DNA of 33,451 nucleotides, from contig NC_068983.1 of the NCBI RefSeq assembly GCF_001194135.2, positions 7,539,196 through 7,572,646 on the forward strand. Direction: 5' to 3'. This DNA comes from Octopus bimaculoides. Lineage: Eukaryota. Below the pieces are notes generated by a model, which did not search any database, had not been told where the DNA came from, and saw nothing but the letters and a program-made list of their open reading frames with translations. This document shows, in pieces, positions 33,399 through 33,451 of the stretch. Every line of letters starts with the position of its first letter. Position 1 is the stretch's first letter. A program made the translations under genes and the position numbers.

Positions 33399-33451
33399 AT
33401 ATATATATATATATATCATCATCATCATCATCGTTTAACGTCCGGTTTCCA

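Overview
AT-rich, repeat-dense animal genomic DNA in a gapped scaffold (8 N-gaps). The SINE families and very high microsatellite density suggest an octopod cephalopod; this is an inference, not a database result. I can support no intact host protein-coding gene, and almost every ORF in the supplied track is a translated microsatellite, N-run or repeat. Positions 1-22.5 kb are a transposon graveyard. They contain four tRNA-derived SINE families (called A-D here), a mariner relic, a Helitron Rep relic, a hAT-Charlie MITE, a Tc2/pogo-type MITE, a Tc1 element with DD36E spacing, and a fragment of a CRE-clade RLE retrotransposon. Positions 22.9-32.7 kb hold a single-isoacceptor tRNA-Ser(GCT) cluster of 7 genes (one cut by a gap) and 2 deletion pseudogenes, in three sub-blocks of alternating orientation. 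The gene bodies are almost invariant except for a 3-nt variable-arm loop that differs by sub-block. The last sub-block is a decayed tandem array of about 0.7-1.2 kb units, one of which carries a foldback MITE with a telomeric-repeat core.
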